Below, in pieces: positions 62,324-64,000 of a DNA stretch of 64,000 bases. The notes beneath the pieces were generated by a model. The model did no database searches and was not told the origin of the DNA. It worked only from the letters and a program-made list of their open reading frames with translations. Each line of letters opens with the position of its first letter. Positions within the stretch are counted from its first letter, which is position 1. The stretch is taken from assembly GCA_031375695.1 (NCBI GenBank), contig JANMIF010000512.1:1479-65478 (forward strand), written 5' to 3'. The position numbers were made by a program, and so were the translations under genes. The stretch is from Planctomyces sp. GTDB taxonomy: Bacteria; Planctomycetota; Planctomycetia; Planctomycetales; Planctomycetaceae.

Positions 62324-64000
62324 TCATTCGCCGCGCAGGGTTGCGACGATCGGTGTCCGCACGGATTCTCGCGTGGCAGCAAAGGCGGACAACAGACCGA
62401 TGGCGAAGAGTCCGAGAAGCAGCGTGAGGCCCGATCCCCACGGCGTGTCGGCACCGGTGCTCAGTATGTGCGGCAACATGGCCAGCAAGGCAGAGACGGT
62501 TCCCGCCGCCAAACCGCAGATCAGCAGGAACGCATTTTCCAACTGCACTAACCAGCGGATTGACGACGGCCGGAACCCAACTGCGCGAAGCAGCGCCAAT
62601 TCACTGCGGCGTTCGAGCACGTTCCGTAGCATCACCGTGCCGAGGCCCAGCGTGCCGAGCAGCAATCCCAGGCCGCCGAGCGTTTGAAATGTGCTCAAGT
62701 ACGTGTTCTGCACCGCCAGAAAAGTGGCCAGCCGGTCGCCAATCGGCTCGGCGTCGAAGCCAAACGATGCCAAGTCCGTTTCGAGTTGATCGGACAAAGC
62801 ACGAACCTCCTCTTTCGACAGTGCGATGCCACGTGGCTCGAACCGCCGATCACCGATCAGGAAGTAACGGAAGCCAGCGCGTTCCGGTTCTGGAAACAGC
62901 CGCAGAAAGTTCTGCTCCGACATCAGCACCACGCCTTGAAACACGCTGCTGTCCAGCATCCCGACGACCTTGAGTATGGCTTTCGGATTCGAGTCGTCTG
63001 GCATGGACAGCGTGTCGCCGACCCCTTTGTGCAACGAATACATCAGCGTGTTCATGTCGCCGATAATCGGGATCGAACCGTCCGGCTGCGCGACATCCAG
63101 TAACTCCCAGGGCGACGCCACACCGCGCGGCGGGCTGACGAACTTGAAGCCGCGCAGATCTTTCGGCACGCCCAAGATTGTCGGCATCCGTGTTTGATAC
63201 AGATTCAAACAGCTTGCATTTTCGCCGGGCCGAACGCGGAACGAGGCGACCTGCATCGAGTTGTAGAGTGGCTCTTCGACTGGCTCGCTGTCCGATTGTG
63301 TCTGTCGCTGAAGTCGTGAGACTTCGGACGAGGGCGCAATCACCGACGACACTGTCTCCGAACTCTCACGAGTTCGGCTACGAGACAGACCACGCGCACC
63401 GAGTTTGACGCGGCCAGCAGCTGTTCCCAAATCGTGAATCAGCGGTGCGGTCGATTCGGCGACGAACAAGAATCCTCCATTGCCAGAGTTCATATCGGGA
63501 GCCTCCACCGTTGGATTTCGCCGTCCTGCGGCGACCGCCACCAACAGAAATGTCGCACAGGCAATCAACGCCAACGACAACAAACTCCGCTGCCGCTGCC
63601 GTGTCGTATTCCGCAAACTCAAACGAATCAGCCCGGCGCGATGTGACCCGATGAGTCGAAACGCGCGAGCGTCCGGTTCCATGCGACGTGAACCGGACGC
63701 TTGCGCGTTCCGGCTGATTGAGTCAGTCACATTTCCGTCCAGCCACGCTGCGAATCGAAACACGACCGACGTCAGCAAACCGCCGCCGACGACAAAGAAC
63801 AACACCGTGGACCATGACAATCCCGCGAACGCTTCCTTGGCCGGCATCCCAAAGCCGATCACGACCGCAATTACGATCAGGCTCAGCAGAGCCAGCCAAT
63901 TCGCGAGCCGCGCTGATCGCACGCGTCGTCTCGCTCGTTGCTCGTCAAGTTCCACAAGCGACGTTTGACCGGCAAGCAGTTCACGCGGCGATAACTGTCT
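62324..64000 (-). CDS. FtsX-family ABC transporter permease, N-terminus probably beyond the window
   Basis: C-terminal FtsX domain: LRAVGFRPSSIRWLVQLENAFLLICGLAAGTVSALLA. The reading frame stays open from the GTG at 63955 to base 64000 (RQLSPRELLAGQTSL-VELDEQ), which suggests a longer double-FtsX (MacB-like) protein. Confidence 0.8.
   Translation of the reverse strand, partial: RQLSPRELLAGQTSLVELDEQRARRRVRSARLANWLALLSLIVIAVVIGFGMPAKEAFAGLSWSTVLFFVVGGGLLTSVVFRFAAWLDGNVTDSISRNAQASGSRRMEPDARAFRLIGSHRAGLIRLSLRNTTRQRQRSLLSLALIACATFLLVAVAAGRRNPTVEAPDMNSGNGGFLFVAESTAPLIHDLGTAAGRVKLGARGLSRSRTRESSETVSSVIAPSSEVSRLQRQTQSDSEPVEEPLYNSMQVASFRVRPGENASCLNLYQTRMPTILGVPKDLRGFKFVSPPRGVASPWELLDVAQPDGSIPIIGDMNTLMYSLHKGVGDTLSMPDDSNPKAILKVVGMLDSSVFQGVVLMSEQNFLRLFPEPERAGFRYFLIGDRRFEPRGIALSKEEVRALSDQLETDLASFGFDAEPIGDRLATFLAVQNTYLSTFQTLGGLGLLLGTLGLGTVMLRNVLERRSELALLRAVGFRPSSIRWLVQLENAFLLICGLAAGTVSALLAMLPHILSTGADTPWGSGLTLLLGLFAIGLLSAFAATRESVRTPIVATLRGE

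Overview
This window looks like chromosomal DNA from a Planctomycetota, probably Pirellulales-like, organism; that is an inference from gene content. It carries a PSCyt/DUF1549/DUF1553 protein, two DUF1501 proteins plus a decayed third copy, and two giants built as 'membrane-bound dehydrogenase domain + HEAT + C-terminal CxxCH'. It also has a DUF1573 protein and a very large secreted protein with the LE.R.LL N-terminal motif. I count about 50 protein genes and one tRNA-Cys(GCA). I found no rRNA, no CRISPR array, and no recognisable transposase, integrase or phage genes. Main blocks, in order: (1) 1-3105, minus strand: a Cys/His-rich small protein followed by two HlyD/RND-type adaptors with WC.xH...C.xC motifs. 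The left-most adaptor runs off the window and is missing from the ORF track. (2) 3.3-9.4 kb: housekeeping genes (GT4, cinA, archease, esterase, APS/PAPS reductase). (3) 14.3-24.0 kb: the most interesting region, a tightly packed nine-gene minus-strand operon. It encodes a DUF4175-like membrane giant, a 98-aa membrane protein and six secreted helical proteins. Five of the six are clear tandem paralogs, and two of those carry an N-terminal CxxCH module. (4) 24.3-28.6 kb: a ~1400-aa DUF4394 / tandem-repeat / RTX secreted protein. (5) tRNA-Cys followed by a pentapeptide-repeat::TIR fusion gene. (6) 33-53 kb: mixed metabolic and envelope genes, including pilT, galM, hemolysin-III, HpcH aldolase, DUF1501 and Gfo/Idh/MocA. 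(7) 54.0-61.6 kb: a Tad/Flp-type pilus locus with no visible secretin, TadZ or pilin gene. (8) An FtsX-type ABC permease that runs off the right edge. Intergenic DNA contains several families of small structured repeats: GTAG[CG]-anchored hairpin pairs, TGAGATT-like heptamer arrays, and long perfect inverted repeats. All functional calls rest on motifs I recognised by eye in the translations. No searches were run.
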